Notes under the pieces: generated by a model
What the model was told of the DNA's origin: nothing
The model's database searches: none
The model's input: only the letters and a program-made list of their open reading frames with translations
Program-made: the position numbers and the translations under genes
Shown here: in pieces, positions 35,940 to 51,159 of the stretch
Position numbering within the stretch: the stretch's first letter is position 1
Layout: each line of letters opens with the position of its first letter
Source of the DNA: Octopus bimaculoides
Taxonomy: Eukaryota
DNA length: 64,000 bases
Reading direction: 5' to 3'
NCBI RefSeq assembly: GCF_001194135.2
Contig: NC_068981.1
Location: forward strand, 191,412,305-191,476,304

Positions 35940-36915
35940 NNNNNNNNNNNNNNNNNNNNNNNNNNNNNNNNNNNNNNNNNNNNNNNNNNNNNNNNNNNNN
36001 NNNNNNNNNNNNNNNNNNNNNNNNNNNNNNNNNNNNNNNNNNNNNNNNNNNNNNNNNNNNNNNNNNNNNNNNNNNNNNNNNNNNNNNNNNNNNNNNNNNN
36101 NNNNNNNNNNNNNNNNNNNNNNNNNNNNNNNNNNNNNNNNNNNNNNNNNNNNNNNNNNNNNNNNNNNNNNNNNNNNNNNNNNNNNNNNNNNNNNNNNNNN
36201 NNNNNNNNNNNNNNNNNNNNNNNNNNNNNNNNNNNNNNNNNNNNNNNNNNNNNNNNNNNNNNNNNNNNNNNNNNNNNNNNNNNNNNNNNNNNNNNNNNNN
36301 NNNNNNNNNNNNNNNNNNNNNNNNNNNNNNNNNNNNNNNNNNNNNNNNNNNNNNNNNNNNNNNNNNNNNNNNNNNNNNNNNNNNNNNNNNNNNNNNNNNN
36401 NNNNNNNNNNNNNNNNNNNNNNNNNNNNNNNNNNNNNNNNNNNNNNNNNNNNNNNNNNNNNNNNNNNNNNNNNNNNNNNNNNNNNNNNNNNNNNNNNNNN
36501 NNNNNNNNNNNNNNNNNNNNNNNNNNNNNNNNNNNNNNNNNNNNNNNNNNNNNNNNNNNNNNNNNNNNNNNNNNNNNNNNNNNNNNNNNNNNNNNNNNNN
36601 NNNNNNNNNNNNNNNNNNNNNNNNNNNNNNNNNNNNNNNNNNNNNNNNNNNNNNNNNNNNNNNNNNNNNNNNNNNNNNNNNNNNNNNNNNNNNNNNNNNN
36701 NNNNNNNNNNNNNNNNNNNNNNNNNNNNNNNNNNNNNNNNNNNNNNNNNNNNNNNNNNNNNNNNNNNNNNNNNNNNNNNNNNNNNNNNNNNNNNNNNNNN
36801 NNNNNNNNNNNNNNNNNNNNNNNNNNNNNNNNNNNNNNNNNNNNNNNNNNNNNNNNNNNNNNNNNNNNNNNNNNNNNNNNNNNNNNNNNNNNNNNNNNNN
36901 NNNNNNNNNNNNNNN
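35940..36915. other. Assembly gap (largest N run)
   Basis: N run. Other gaps at about 1697, 7348-7849, 16360-16960, 18744-19219, 25583-25693, 39348-39421, 51454-51627, 54733-54950 and 55637-56122. Confidence 1.
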
Positions 36916-37859
36916 NTACATGTAAATATAATTATTTCAGGATTCATTTGAATGAAGCTATTTTAATAATAAGGACACTAAATTAGGTTTGCGCTTAGCA
37001 TATCTGTGTATATACCATATAGAAACATTCACGTATTTATCAATATGGATATGTCCTAACACTCACATATACATACACATGAACAAATCAATATACCTAT
37101 ATACACAAGTATACAGGTCTATGAAATTATATACACATACATACTGGCATGTTGCTTCATGATCCACTGTAAGATCTACATCCAGACCTGGAACCTTCTC
37201 TACGTTTTATATATATATGCATGTGTATATTGATTTATGAACTCCCACCCATGCTAGCATGGAAGGTGGACATTAAATGATGATGATGAACTTGTTACCC
37301 GACTGCTGTTGAAGGAATGATTATAGTTATTATGTAAGTATGGTGGAGGTATTAACTTTAAAAACAACCTACAGAGTATCTGTTCCAAGAAGTTCTTTGC
37401 ATCTGTGACTTTGTTATGTAATTCTTCATGAAATATCTATTGTCAAGGACAAACAGTTGCTTAATGACCAGGCCTTTCTGATCCTGCCAGATTAATTCTT
37501 CCTTAGAAAACTATTTAATTAGTTGGTACTTTTGAATCTCTCTCTCTCTTTCTCCCCACGCCTGTTGTATTTGCATTGACATGCCATGCCTGTTGTACTT
37601 GCACTGACAGTCATGCCAAAGTCTCAAAAATCATGATGTAGCAGTGATTTTCCATTGCAATTGGCTGGGTTATTTACAATTCACTCTGCTACTTTAACTT
37701 TCCTGTACTTAACCCTTGAGGCAGAGGAATTGGTTCACATGCAATGGCCTGGCATTCTGTCCAGTATGGAATATTTTTGGTGAAATATTCTTTTTTGAAT
37801 TGTGTTTTAGCACTTAGTCTCTATCCAACCACTGTGCAGAACACTTGCTATTGTTGAAT

Positions 37860-38410
37860 AGAATTCATTTTTCATCACATGTAACAATACGATGCAAAAA
37901 TGGTTCATTTTTATGCTATGACAGTAAAGAACAGCAAGTTTGAAGATGACATGTCATTTGATGCCGATTTATTTCGTGTGGTACCCACTTGTCCAACTTC
38001 TTTACCTTGCTGATTTGTTTCAGATGGTCCAATACAGTTGGAATCGAAGCATCAAACCTTGCTGCTAACTCACGCGTAGTTTGAAATGTCTCCACTTCCA
38101 CTATGGTTCCCAGCTCATCATTATCTACCTTGGTCTCAGGTCTACCATGGGGCTGATTTTCAAGAGTAAAGTCACCAGACCAGAACTTCTCAGACCATCA
38201 ACATACAGTGCACTCATTCACCACATCTTCACCAAACCCCTCATTGATGTTTCAAGCTGTCTGAGATGCATTGGTTCCACAACGGAACTCATATTCATAA
38301 ACAACTCGAATTTTTTATCTATCCACAGGTTCACAAAAAGTGATTTACAAGAGAAAACTCAGAATATAATCAGACACCATGAATTGCATTTCAAAAAGTG
38401 ATGATGTAAC
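37860..38410 (-). mobile_element. Mariner transposase N-terminal half, decayed
   Basis: TTRELAARFDASIPTVLDHLKQISKVKKLDKWVPHEI and FLHRIVTCDE (the WVPHEL motif and first catalytic D). Confidence 0.88.
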
Positions 38411-38816
38411 TCTTCAATGTTGTAAAACAAAGAATTGTCAGGATAAAGCATTAGAGTTAACGACTGTCAGATTTGTACATAAGAAAATCAGATATTTCAT
38501 TCTTAATGATCTGATCCATTGACCTGAGTGATCAACAGGTACTTATTTTACTGTTCCTGAAAGGATGAAAAGCGGAGTCAACCTCAGTGGAATTTGAATT
38601 CAGAATGTAAGGACAGACGAAATGCCATTAAGCATTTTGCATGGTGTCTAACAATTCTGTCAGCTAGGTGCCTTATCTTGGATAAGACTATTGATCTGGC
38701 TATGATTTGGTGCAAGTGTGGCAGTGTGGTTAAGAAGCTTGCTTCCAACCACATAGCTTTGGGTTCAGTCTCACTGTGTAGCACCTTAATCCCTTAGCTA
38801 TACCTGCACTTATCAT

Positions 38817-39997
38817 AAAAGTATTTCTCTAAACCTTTTACTTTTAGAGAAAGGAATTAAAAAGAACATTTATTATTTTTTTCAATATAATTATGTTATT
38901 TTATATTTTAATATCTTTTATATCACATTTTGTGGATCAGTTGCTGCATTTCTGGCAGCAAGAGTAATGAGGGATTATCTGTACAACTCAAATAGAACTA
39001 ATACTACTATATAGAGTGTTCCTATTTGAAAGCACCTGTTCTTTTTACCTCTTTTTCCATTGAGAAAAGAGACGCATATTTATACATAAAACAAATTCTT
39101 AATTTACATTTACTAAAATTCACTTGTTAGCCATTAGTCAACCTGAAGCTTAGATGGAAGACATTTGCCTGAGGAGCAGCATGGTAGGATTGAACCCTAA
39201 ACCAAGTGGTTGTGAAGTGAACTTCTTGATTTTGCATGTGATCCTTATTTAGAAACCAAGCTTATGCTTTGGTTTGGTGTGGAGCATTTCAGAAGAGTAT
39301 TCAATCCTGTATGGGAGTGTTTAAGTCATGAAGGAGGAAGTGAGTAANNNNNNNNNNNNNNNNNNNNNNNNNNNNNNNNNNNNNNNNNNNNNNNNNNNNN
39401 NNNNNNNNNNNNNNNNNNNNNTATCCAAGTGTTTTTGATGAGCACTTCTGGAGAATGTGACTGTACTCAGTTGGTGCTCTGAGTTTGGTGTTAATGTACT
39501 CTTTAAATCTCTGATTTTCCACCAAAATTCATATGGATTCTGTTGATTCATTTCTGTATTTTAGTAAGATATTCTGAAAAGAGCAAAAAGCAACTGAATC
39601 ATGTTGATCCTTTATTGAAATATTAATTTTAACAAAGCCATTGTGTGTTGAATTACATCAATTGTTTTATTCATCCTTCTCTTTCTCTCTCTCATGCCTT
39701 GTCTCCCTTTTCCTGACTATCAGTTTTTTAATTGTTATATTGGATTGTGTTTTACATAAAGGTCATGCTTTGTTTGAATTGTGTTACTCTGCAAATATTT
39801 AAGCTCAACATTAAATATCAAATGAAAAGAAAGCGGCTTAGGTCAAAATATGTATGACCTTCCTGCTATTCAAGAACGATTGATTGAGGGCAAAACTGGA
39901 TAAATTTGACTTGATTAGAAAACATTGAAACAAAGTTTTTCATGCTCATTGCTGCTGAAAATGTTTTTGTGTGATTTGAAGCGAAAGAAAAGTTACA
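38817..39997 (+). repeat. Direct copy of 1106-2280
   Basis: See the partner feature at 1106-2280. Confidence 0.92.
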
Positions 39998-40176
39998 ATA
40001 TAAATGTGAAGTATTTATTATGTTTTGTTTGTTCATTTAGTTTTTTGACTTTTTTCAGTTCATTGGACTACAGCCAATCTGGTTCTTATACTCTCGGTTT
40101 CTTTTGATGAACAGCTAATTTATAAGGGCGTTAACAAAGCAACGCCAATTTCCAAGTGGTTGCGGGACAACACAAA

Positions 40177-40212
<36 letters not shown>

Positions 40213-40654
40213 AATTTGTTTATATCTATTGTCATCATTATTTACCATGTGCTTTTCTATGTTTACATGGGTCAGATGGAATTTGTTGAGGCATTCTGCA
40301 GCCAGGTCCCCTTCCTGTTGCTAACCCTCGCTTGTTTCCAAGCAAGATGATATTTCCTCAAAGCCAGGCATGTTTTTCACTGCAGACTGGAAATGAATAA
40401 CTCACTTGTATGAGTGATGCTGTTTACAACCATTATAGACAAAGGTGTGTGTGTGTGTGTAAACACATGCACACACACACACATCTACATGACAGGTTTC
40501 TTTCAGTTTTTATCTATGAAATCCACTCACAAGTTTTTAATCAATTTGGGGCCATAGTAGAAGATGCTTACCCAAGGTGCTGCACAGTGGAACTGACTCT
40601 CAAATTTATGTGATTAAGAGGAAAGCTTCTTAACCACACACTCACACTTGCACC

Positions 40655-40711
<57 letters not shown>

Positions 40712-43700
40712 ATATAAATCCAAGAAAGTTAGGGGTTGTGAATCCAACCCACTAAGGGATAATATCTATCCAATATACTGCTGGAAAAATACCCAAATAT
40801 TATTACACTAGTGTTTTTCCTTCGTATTACCAAGTGCAATAAATGGGGGCAGGCAAAAGGATATTTTACCCATGGACAGGCGAGACAACTCACCCCAGAT
40901 TCCATTCAGGAGTGATGGACTTCCATGTTTTGCTGTTTTTGTGGCTTAATAATATCACATCCCCAAACTGAATTGGAGGCAAATAGACTGCCAGTCACGC
41001 TTATTGGCAACCCCACTAGTGCTGATGGCATGAGAAAAGCCCTCAGTACACACTGTAATGTAGTTAGTGTCAGGAAGGGCACCTGGCTGACAGTAGATTT
41101 GATGCTGCCATGCATCTCCCTGGATCCTGTCAAACCATTCAGCCCAAGGCAGCATGAGAAATGGACATTAAATGATAGTGATGATGATGATGGTGTATGC
41201 GTGTGTGTGCTCACAACAATGTTTATATTCCACATCCATCACTCCTTGAGCAAATAGTAATGATGTGGACATTATGACAAGTCACTTTGTGCCTTTGAAA
41301 ACCTGTGGAATAAAGAAATTTCTAACTTGAAAAACAGATATGGGTTGGTGACAGTCGGAGCATCTAGCCATAAAATCCTGCTTCAAATAATTCCCTTCCA
41401 AAGCCATATTTATCAAGGATAAACAGACTCAAACACATAGAAAAAAGACGGTTTTATATAATTCTACTTTATACATGACAAATTATCATCTTCACAGATT
41501 CAGAAGTTAAAAATAATTGAATATTTATATAGCCTACATTACTATAATTAGCTGTATGTAGCACTAAATATTGCACTTTTGTATATATATATATATAGTT
41601 TCTGTTATTTTATATATGTTTAGTTGTTTTTTTGCTTGCCTAACATAAGAACTTTTCCATATTATAATGCTTGGTTGTTTTCTGGGTTGTCAAAATATTT
41701 TCCATATGATGGTTCTAAGTGGAGACATTTATTTGATTACAGTGGAAAGCGTGTTTTAGATTTTCTAATAATGGGTTTGTCTTCAACACCAATCAGGATA
41801 TTACCATTAATGTTTAATGTATTTACCCATACAATATAGTTTTTGGTAGTCACTAATTTCCAATGCTTTTTACCCAATAAATTTCCAATATTTAGAGAAA
41901 TGACTGTTTCCAAATCTTTCTATGCATTAATTATGTTGCCATTATTGTCTTTTGTGTGGGTTCTTTTTTCCAACTAGAAATTCTTGAGCCCATGGCCAGT
42001 CCATTGATGGCTCTGTTTGTTCTACTAAAAGGACTCCAAGGTGAAGTTCCAGCATGGCCATTGTCCAATGATTGAAACAAGTAAAAGCTAATTAATCCTA
42101 CAATGTAAATCATTGACCCATGTAAATCCTGCAGACAGACATAATTATTGCAGTTGATTGTATCTCTCTATTTCTCTAGACTCTAATCTAATTACATGAA
42201 GGAGAAGCTCCCCACTGGCCACGATACTGTGAAAATGGAAGCCTTTCTTATTCCTGCTCCATTAACTCAATCGCATGGAGAATATGTAATGTCTTAATTT
42301 TTCCTCATTTTTCTCTCTACTTCTGCATTAATAACCTGACCATTTCCAGCTAACAACACTTCTTGTATCTTTAATCTCTTTCCACTTATAACCCTCACAT
42401 TTTCTGCCTGTTTTATGTTCAAACTGGTCAGATCCATCTTCTTACACCTACCCTATAATGTCATTCTAAAAATAAACAATCACACCATAAAAATCTTGAA
42501 GCTATGAGATAATGGAAGATTATTTCAAAACAATTATTTCAAAACAAATTACATTTGACAGAGGAACTGAATGCTAACAGTTAAATGTCTAACTATCCTA
42601 CTTTGATTTTTTTTCAGTCCCTCCTAGAAATAACAGCAAATCTGCAAATCATACCTTCCCATGCTAAAAAAAAGTGACATGTTGGACAATGTAGTCCTGA
42701 GTGTACAAAAAGACAGGATGGTCATGTTTGGAACATCTATGATCATATGTCTAATCTTGAGCTAGACATAAAAACTAACTAATTAGTAAGAATTACCAGT
42801 CTTTTGGTAACAAAGTCCCAATAACTTAGTCATTGTAAAACAATATCCTGTCAAAGTTCTTTCCAGCAGACATAGCTAAGTCACAACTCTTCTAATTATA
42901 AGTTCTTCATATTCATAGTCTTTACTGTCACAATTGTATTATATGTTTCTTAAGTATTTCTAATGACAACTAAAATGTCCGCATTAATTAAGAAATTTGT
43001 AATGGAATGCTATTGTATATGGAGGCTGCACCTCTATAAAATAGCATGTACAGTACATGATCATCCTATTTATGATGTAGGGTCTAAGTCAGCAACAGAA
43101 TTGGCAATTTAATTAATTGACATTAATCATCTCCACACTCCTCAATTGTGATTAAGATATTTACTTCATAAACATGTGTTTTTGGGTTCAGTCTTATTAC
43201 ACAGCACTTTAGGCAAGTCTTCAACTATACCCCCCCCCCCACCAGGCACATCAAAACCTTGTGATTGGATTTGGTAGATGGATAGTGAAAGAAACCATTG
43301 TGGGTGTATGTGTGTGTGAGCATGTTTGTGTCTCCACGTAATTGTTGTAAATAAATGTTAATCTCATGTAATGAGTGTCATGGCTACCAGTCTTCCATGA
43401 GAAACCTGTCTGGCCAAAATGTTTTGCTTGTTTTATATTGAAACTGACTAGATCTGGCCTCTCACACCAGCCCTACAATGTCATTCTAAAACTAAGCAAG
43501 CACATCATCGAAATCTTTAAACTATAAGATGATGTGTAATCAATTTAAAACAATGTGAATAAATAAACATTGCATTTCACAGATAATCTGAATGCTAAAG
43601 GTTAATGTCCATATTCCATGCTAGTAAAAGCATACACTTCCATTTGTATCAGTACACTCCTGCTTCAAAATGGAATGATTAACAAGGCTTTGTAGCTGTA

Positions 43701-43978
43701 AAAGACCTGTTATGATGTCAAAACTATCCAAATATCTTCCAACATGTTGAAAGGTATCTTAAAAAAAAAAAAATACACATCCTGGCTAAATAAGTTAAGA
43801 CTTGCTTGTTATAACAATAATTGATAACATCATAGAGTAAGATGTAAACTATTAGTGAAAGCACAGTGGGGTTGTTAAAATGTTTACTTCACAATTATGT
43901 CGTCTCAGGATCAATCTCACTGCACAATACCATGGACAGAGGTCTTCTGTAGTTCCATGTTGTCCAATCTTTTGTGAG

Positions 43979-44202
43979 CTATGTTCCCTCTAAATTTTTT
44001 GCAGTAGGTGTGGGGCAGAAATTTACATCATGTGCAAATTTTGACTTTCTTTGCAAAGTATGTGTGCATCTACGCAAATAACCATTGCACAAATTTTTTC
44101 AATTAAAAAAAAATTGTATTTCATCTTGCAAATGTTGTATGCACACATTTTTGTACTTTCCCTATTAAAATGTGTACATGTGCAGAACTTATGGGAACAC
44201 TG
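43979..44202. mobile_element. hAT-like MITE (224 bp)
   Basis: Termini CTATGTTCCCTCTAA / TTATGGGAACACTG with 8-bp TSD TTTGTGAG/CTTGTGAG (7/8). Confidence 0.7.
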
Positions 44203-44644
44203 CTTGTGAGTGGAACTGTGTGTGTTTGTTACACATATCAACGAGAAAATTGGAAATAAACTGGTGCATCAAATAGTAATACCTTGTGTTGTTTATTCTC
44301 ACAGCCTTGTCCCTTTCCTCTGTAACATTTGCACAGACATGCCTTTGTCACTCTCTCCATTATAAATGCAGTGAACCAGTGATTAATAAATTAAGAACAT
44401 GTAACTAACAACAATATTGTTTATAATATTACGTCAAGACAGCTGCACTTTCAATGTTTAGTTCATGTCTTTTCCTCTATTGTAAGTACCATGTAGCCAA
44501 ATAGTTCACAACCACAAGGTTCTAGGTTCAATCCCATGGCATTTTCGGCAAATGCCATTTTCTATAGCCTCATGTTGATTCATTACTTTCTGAGTGAAAT
44601 TTAGTTGACAGAAACTGTACAGATTGTAACAACAATTCAAAAAG

Positions 44645-45075
44645 GACCACCTTGTCACATGCCTCTTGACCCAGGGCAGCACTACCTCCTCCAGGCACTT
44701 GATGTAGACCTCCATTTTGAGTGTGAGGCCATGTGGGAAGATGAATGGAGGCATAACGTCGCCATCACTGGTAATCACTCCAAAAACCATGATGTTGACT
44801 GGATGTTTGATTTTTATCACTCTCCATACATGTCCTCAGATTGACACCCAAACACTCTGAAATGTTCATTTTGGAGCTTCTGGCACGAATACCAAGCAGT
44901 ACAGCATATTATTCCCAAATTTCTGACAGAATGAATTGTGTCATGGTGCTATTTTTCTCACAAATGGTGCCCAACTGACCCTATGATACTGTGTAGTCAA
45001 TAAAATCAAAAACAAACAATGCACATGTGCAAAATTAGAAATATAAAATGGCGTCAATTTATCCATCGCACCCTG
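44645..45075 (-). mobile_element. Tc1-like transposon fragment with 5' TIR and part of the DDE region
   Basis: TA|CAGGGTG terminus at 45075 and IMVFGVITSDGDVMPPFIF..YIKCLEEVVLPWV. Confidence 0.8.
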
Positions 45076-48000
45076 TAGGTAATAGAATTTGACAGGATCT
45101 GACTGTATGAATTTCTAATGTCAGTTTTGACATGGTTTCTATGGCTGGATACCCTTTCCAATGCCATCCACTTTAATATGTGTATTGCATGCTTTTTTCA
45201 TGCTGTCAGCTCTAGTAAAGTTTCCAAGTATGGATAAGGCAAAAGAAGAACAGGGAAAAGCCCCTGTGATTAAGTGATGGGAGTATTTGTGATGGTGAGG
45301 TGCTTTTATGCCAGTTGTTGAAAGGTTAAAATATGATAGCAGTGTCTTTGCCATAGACTAGATACCTGGTTTACCTATGTTAAATGAAAGCACTTGTGCT
45401 AGTGTCATGTAAAAAGCACTTGTGTCTGTGCTATGCAAAACGTATCCATGGTGGTGCCAGGTAAAATGCACCCCATCTACCCTGTTAAGTGGTTGACAAT
45501 AGGAAGGGCATCAAGCATTGTAAGAACGATGCCAAAACAGACAATGAAACCTGGTGCAACTCTTGGCTTGCTTGTTCTGGTCAAACCATCCAACCCATAC
45601 CAGTATGGAAAATGGACATTAAATGATGATGGTGGTGGTGGGTGGGAAGAAAACAAAGATGGTTGTGATGGGATTATTTTTATAACAAGAGTTTTCTAAT
45701 CTACATTATTATTTTCTTAATCTTCTTTTTAATGAGTTTACTGTCTTCTCAAACATCTCTTCATCATTTCATTTCATGTACTTATAGAGCAGTGAGTTTG
45801 CAAAGTCATTAGATTGCTGGGAAGAATGTGTTGCAGTATTCCTTGTGACTCTCTATGCTCTGAGTTCAAATCCTACCCAGGTCAGCTTTGGTTTTTATCC
45901 TTTTGGGGTTGATAAATAAACTCCACTCAATACTAAGGTCAATTCTTCTTTCTCTCTTGAAGAAATCAGCTGTGTTCTGACCTGGAGAAGGAAGAGTTCT
46001 ACCAGGCTTAAGAATGACCAAGAGTCACCCTATGTCACAGTGACATTCTCTACAATTCCATCAGGAGTTGAGATCCCAAAGAAAACAAAGGAATGTATTA
46101 TATACTCTGTTAATATTGGGTTTCTTTTTTCTTTTTTTTCACTTCAGATTTAATCATTTCCAGATATTTCTCTCCCTTTCTACCCCACTCTTTTTTTTCC
46201 TTTTTGGCTTTAGTATTGCTTTTCCATTCAGATCTTATCAATTATTCACTGCATATTACTTGTTTTTCTTGTAAATAACGCTCAAATACTTTATACTCCT
46301 AAATAACTTAGTTTATCTAATCTTGCTCTCTTGTATAGAGTCATATTTCATATCATGTTTTACTCATCTCTTCTGTTTACTCTGTTATTCCTGGTTCTGC
46401 TATAAATAGGATTTAAAAATAGAGTTGTATTTCTAATCTAAAACATCTTTCAATTAAAATACTTCCTCTGTAAGCTTGTGAATGCATAAATTTTAATTAA
46501 TTTTCTCCAAACTTTGTTTTAGTGTTTAAAAAGCTATTAATCTAAATTTTTGTTACAAATATAATGATCTAAAAATAAAAATAAAACAGTTGTAAAATGG
46601 CTTAGTTGCTATAGAGATATTTAAGTACAAGTACAACTGGTGTGTGGATGGTGGGTGGGATACAGGAAATATATACATGAAACATAAAGAGTTCTGTAAG
46701 ACAAGAATGGAAAATATTTTCTAAGTTATTAATTAGTAGCAACACTGACATATATAGCTTATGAAAAAGTTTTACTAAAATTCTAAGTGAACAGTTAACA
46801 AGTGAACATCCGGATACTTTGTTTAACTGAGAAAGTGAATATTAGAAAATGAAGATTGAATTTTAGGAAGTTTACTGCATACGTGTAATAAGAAAGGTCA
46901 GTGGAAAGATTCTGTTTAATTTTTTTATAGTTTATAAAAATTTGTAAGTAACAGAATCAAATTAATATAGATATAATTTTATTTTTGTGTGTGTAGCTAT
47001 GAAGTAGTTTAGCTATAACATTATGCTCCTGCAAACACAGGAAGACATACAGCTTGAGATTTGGAAGCTTAAGTAGGAATTTTAAACTTGATTTTCTTTT
47101 TAATCCTTTAGCATTCAGATTACTCTCTCAAGTTTATTTATTCATGTTGTTTTTAATTAATCATAAATTACCTTATAGCTTTAAGATTTCGATGATGTGC
47201 TTCTTTATTTTTAGAATAACATTGTAGGGTTATTGTGAGAAGCCAGATCTGGCCAGTTTGAACATAAAACAGGTTGAATACTTGTCTGGATATGGCTAAT
47301 TTAAATGCTAAAGGGTTAAAGATTAACCCTTTTGATACCAACCTGCCTGACACCAACTGTGGTCTTGTACTACAAACTTTCTGTTTTCAAGTGATCTAGA
47401 ATTAAAATCTTCCATTAAAACTTCATGTTAATTTATGCTATGAACACCAGCTTAATTTGATTACTGTTTCACTAAATTAATTAAAACAAATTCAGTTTTG
47501 ATGTATGTTTCAACAGAAATACGGTAATGAAAGACTTTAGTAGTAAATATGTGTCTTTTTTTGTGTTTTCATTCGTTCATTTTATTCATCTGTGTAACTC
47601 ATTTATTTTTCAAACCAGTGAGCGAGCCACTGTGGGGAAGTTTAACATGCTGGAAATAGCAGCCAACTGCTACTTCATTTCACACCTTGCTGTCTTTGAA
47701 AAAGGATGATGTAGTACTAAGTAAAGTGTGTCTGAAATAAAGACTGGATGGGCATGGCTGGAATGCATTTGATCTTAGGTATGCTCAATCAGACCTGATC
47801 TAGGAATAAATGATAAGTCTTGGTAATTTTAACTGAAATTTTTTCAATTTTTATAAAAAGAAGTAAAAACAAAACATTTAAAAACATGGCAAAGTTATTT
47901 TCTGCTGATTTTTAGAAACAATTTAGGGAAAAGGTGATTAGTACTGGCAGACTTCTATAGAATTAACTAACACGAAATGGCCTAGAACAAAGGGATCACC

Positions 48001-51000
48001 TTTTCTTTAGGGCACACAAAATTTTACCAATTTTTTACAGGAATTCACATCAAGCCCTTGAAAATAAAAGATAGGTCTAATAACAATTTCCTACTCAGTC
48101 CTTTATTTTGTCTTCTCTTATTTTTCATTGCTTTCTTTCTTTTGCCATTTATTTATCATGTTCTATTCAGTAGTCCTCTTTTGATCCTCTCTTCCTATTT
48201 CTTAGCATCTTTCTTATCTACACCAACATCCACTGTTGGCCTCTTTCTTTTTTCTTGCTTTCTCCTTCCGTTGAAGCAACGCTATGCTACTGCAGTATAT
48301 GTATAACTTTCCTATAACATAACACACACACACACACACTCACACACACATGCTACTGTTCTTGCTGGCGTTTCATGAATAGCCTTTACTACTTCTTCAG
48401 TTCTGTTTAATTCGCCATCTCTTCTGCAATTACTGCTTGACTACAATAAGGTTTGATTGTTCTTTATCCTGTATCAGCAGTTTCTATTTTAGTTACATAG
48501 TTTGCTTAAGAAAATAAACAAAAATATCTTATATCTTAAAACGTTTTCAAGGAAAAGGTTGACGATAGTGTTCAAGTTTTAGCTTGCTCCTTTTGTAAAA
48601 CTGACGAAAGCAAGCAAGCCAAAACTTCAAAGTCACTGTCAAAAATATATCAATCCTTCAGTTTAATGTTAATTGTTTTTATACATTTAACTTCAGATAA
48701 AAACAAGTATTAATAAAATATTTTATATTAATCTACATTTGATCCAAGGAATTTGTATATAATATAATAATCACCATTTCAAAAATCATTTAAAGTAAAC
48801 TAAAAGGCTCTTTCTGCTAGATATAACAGTCAAAATCTCTGTAAGTCATCATCTTAAAAAAAATAAATAAATAAGAATGATCTTTTAGATAATGTAGTCA
48901 TAGATACATTGTGTCTGAAAAGAAAAGGGAATGGCTGGTCATGGCAGGAAGACTTTCGATCAGAGTTTTGATCATCGATCAGAATCAACTTAAACTTCAA
49001 CAATCACCACCACTATTGAATTTATCATTATAATCTGAGGAATTCTTTATAAATGTGAGGAATTAATGTGTGAGACATCATTATTTTTTTTGTAGGAATT
49101 ATGGTGGTGTTCTAGCAGAATCATTAGCATGCTGGGCAAAATGCTTAGCAGCATTTCTTCTAGCTTGAAATGCCACTGAAGTTGACTTTGTCTTTCATCG
49201 TCTTTGGGGGTCGGTAAAATAAGTATCAGTTGAGCAGTGATGTCAATGTAATCAGCTTGCCCCTCCTCTCAAAATTCCTGGCCTTATTCCAAAATTAGAA
49301 AGAATGATTTCTTGTAGGAATTATGTAAAGGAAAGATAACTGAATATTAATTGCTGGCAAGAACACAGTATTTTGTTTCGCAACCATAATATACTACCAA
49401 ATATGTTAAAAGTTTAAAAATCAATATTGTGCCTTATCTTGTGTTAGCAGTGCAATATTCTCACTTTTAAGTTTGTCTTAATTGTCGCAACTTGCAGTGT
49501 TGGCTCTGAATTCTATAGGAAATAAGCTTAAAAGCTAGATCACTGAATATCTTTGTGTCTTTTTTCTGAAGAACTACCAACTAAATTTCACATCTTTTTA
49601 TTTTATAAATCCTGTGGTATAAACTTTTACTTCATTATACAAGACTTAAGTCTTTGCATTTAACCCTTTTGATAACAACCTACCCAAGACTGCGTCTTGT
49701 TCTGTGATACGAATTTCCTGTTATAAATTGACATGGAATTCTAATGGAAGGTTTTCATTTACACCACTTCAAAACAGGGACTTTATATCACAGAGCCAGT
49801 GGTAGTCTTGAGTGGTTGGTTTCAAAAGGGTTACCAAAGAAATTTATGTTTTCTCCATTTTCATTACTCTTAGTATTTTTTCCTTTGGGCAAGAAAATTC
49901 TAATTCAATTTCATTGCATCTTCTTTCATTTCCATATTATCTTACAGTTAGCTCAGGTTTTTAAGAAATTCATCTTGTTTCTACACTCACTATGGTATTT
50001 TTAGTACTGACACCAACATATATCTTATATGTTTAAACAAATAATTTAAATCATGTAATCTGGCTAGAAGAAATTTTGAAATTGTATTGAATTAACTGAT
50101 GGCAGTATTATTTAGACAAACGTAGCAAACTGACAAAATCGTCAGTACATTGGACAAAATGCTTAGCAACATTTCATTTTGTCTTTACGTTTAGAGTTCA
50201 AACTCTGCCAAGGTCAACTTTGCCTTTCGTCCTTTCAGGTTCGGTAAAATAAGTACCGGTGTAATTGACTTATCCCCTCCCCCAAAATTTTTGACCTTAT
50301 ACCAAAATTTGAAATTATTATTTAGACAAAGCTGAAATGTATTGAGAAGTTTTGTGGCCTTTTTTCCTTTTGTTACACAGTGTATTAACTCTTTCATTAT
50401 TGTATTTCCTTTGAGATGCTCTGTGTTTCTTTCAATTAATTTTAAATGTAACAAAGAATTTAGTAAAATAACTTAGTTATCATTAAGCTAGTGTTAGGAA
50501 CATGAATTGTGACTAAGGTTTGGTGGAAGATTTTAATTCAAAACTTATGAAAACAAGACATTTGTACTACAGAGCCAGAGGCAGTTTTAGCTGGGTTGGT
50601 ATTGAAAGAGTTAATGTTTTTGGATTAAAATGTGTAAACCTAGTCATCAAGTTGACTGGGCGAACAAAAAAATGCTTTGTAGAAACCAGATACATTGTTG
50701 GCTTTGTTTTTGTTTTTTTCTGCAAGTGGTGTTTACTATTATGTTATAATGACTAACTCGAGTGCTGACTGCATGTGTGTGTTGCTGCACGTGCATATTG
50801 TGTGTGTATATATATCATCATAAACAGCATCTCAGCATCCACTTTTTCATGTTTACATGGGTCAGACGAAGTTTGTTGAGGCAGATTTTCTACAGCTGAA
50901 TGCCCTTCCTATCACCAGCCTTCACCTGTTTCCAAGTAAGATATAGGTTCTCATGACCAGGCATATTTTTATTGGAGGCTGGAAACAGAACACCACTTTC

Positions 51001-51159
51001 ATGAGGATGATACATCTTTATAATTATCATGCGATGTCAAGACAAGGTGGCAGCACACACACAAATCTGTATGAGTGTATATATGACAGGGCTATAGAAG
51101 ACATTTACTCAAGGCCCCACATAATGGGACTGAAACTGGATGATTATATATATATAGAC

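Noticed and set aside
35747-36947. Long ORFs in the track (also near 7.2, 16.3, 18.7, 54.7 and 55.6 kb)
   Set aside because: They are artefacts of translation through N gaps.
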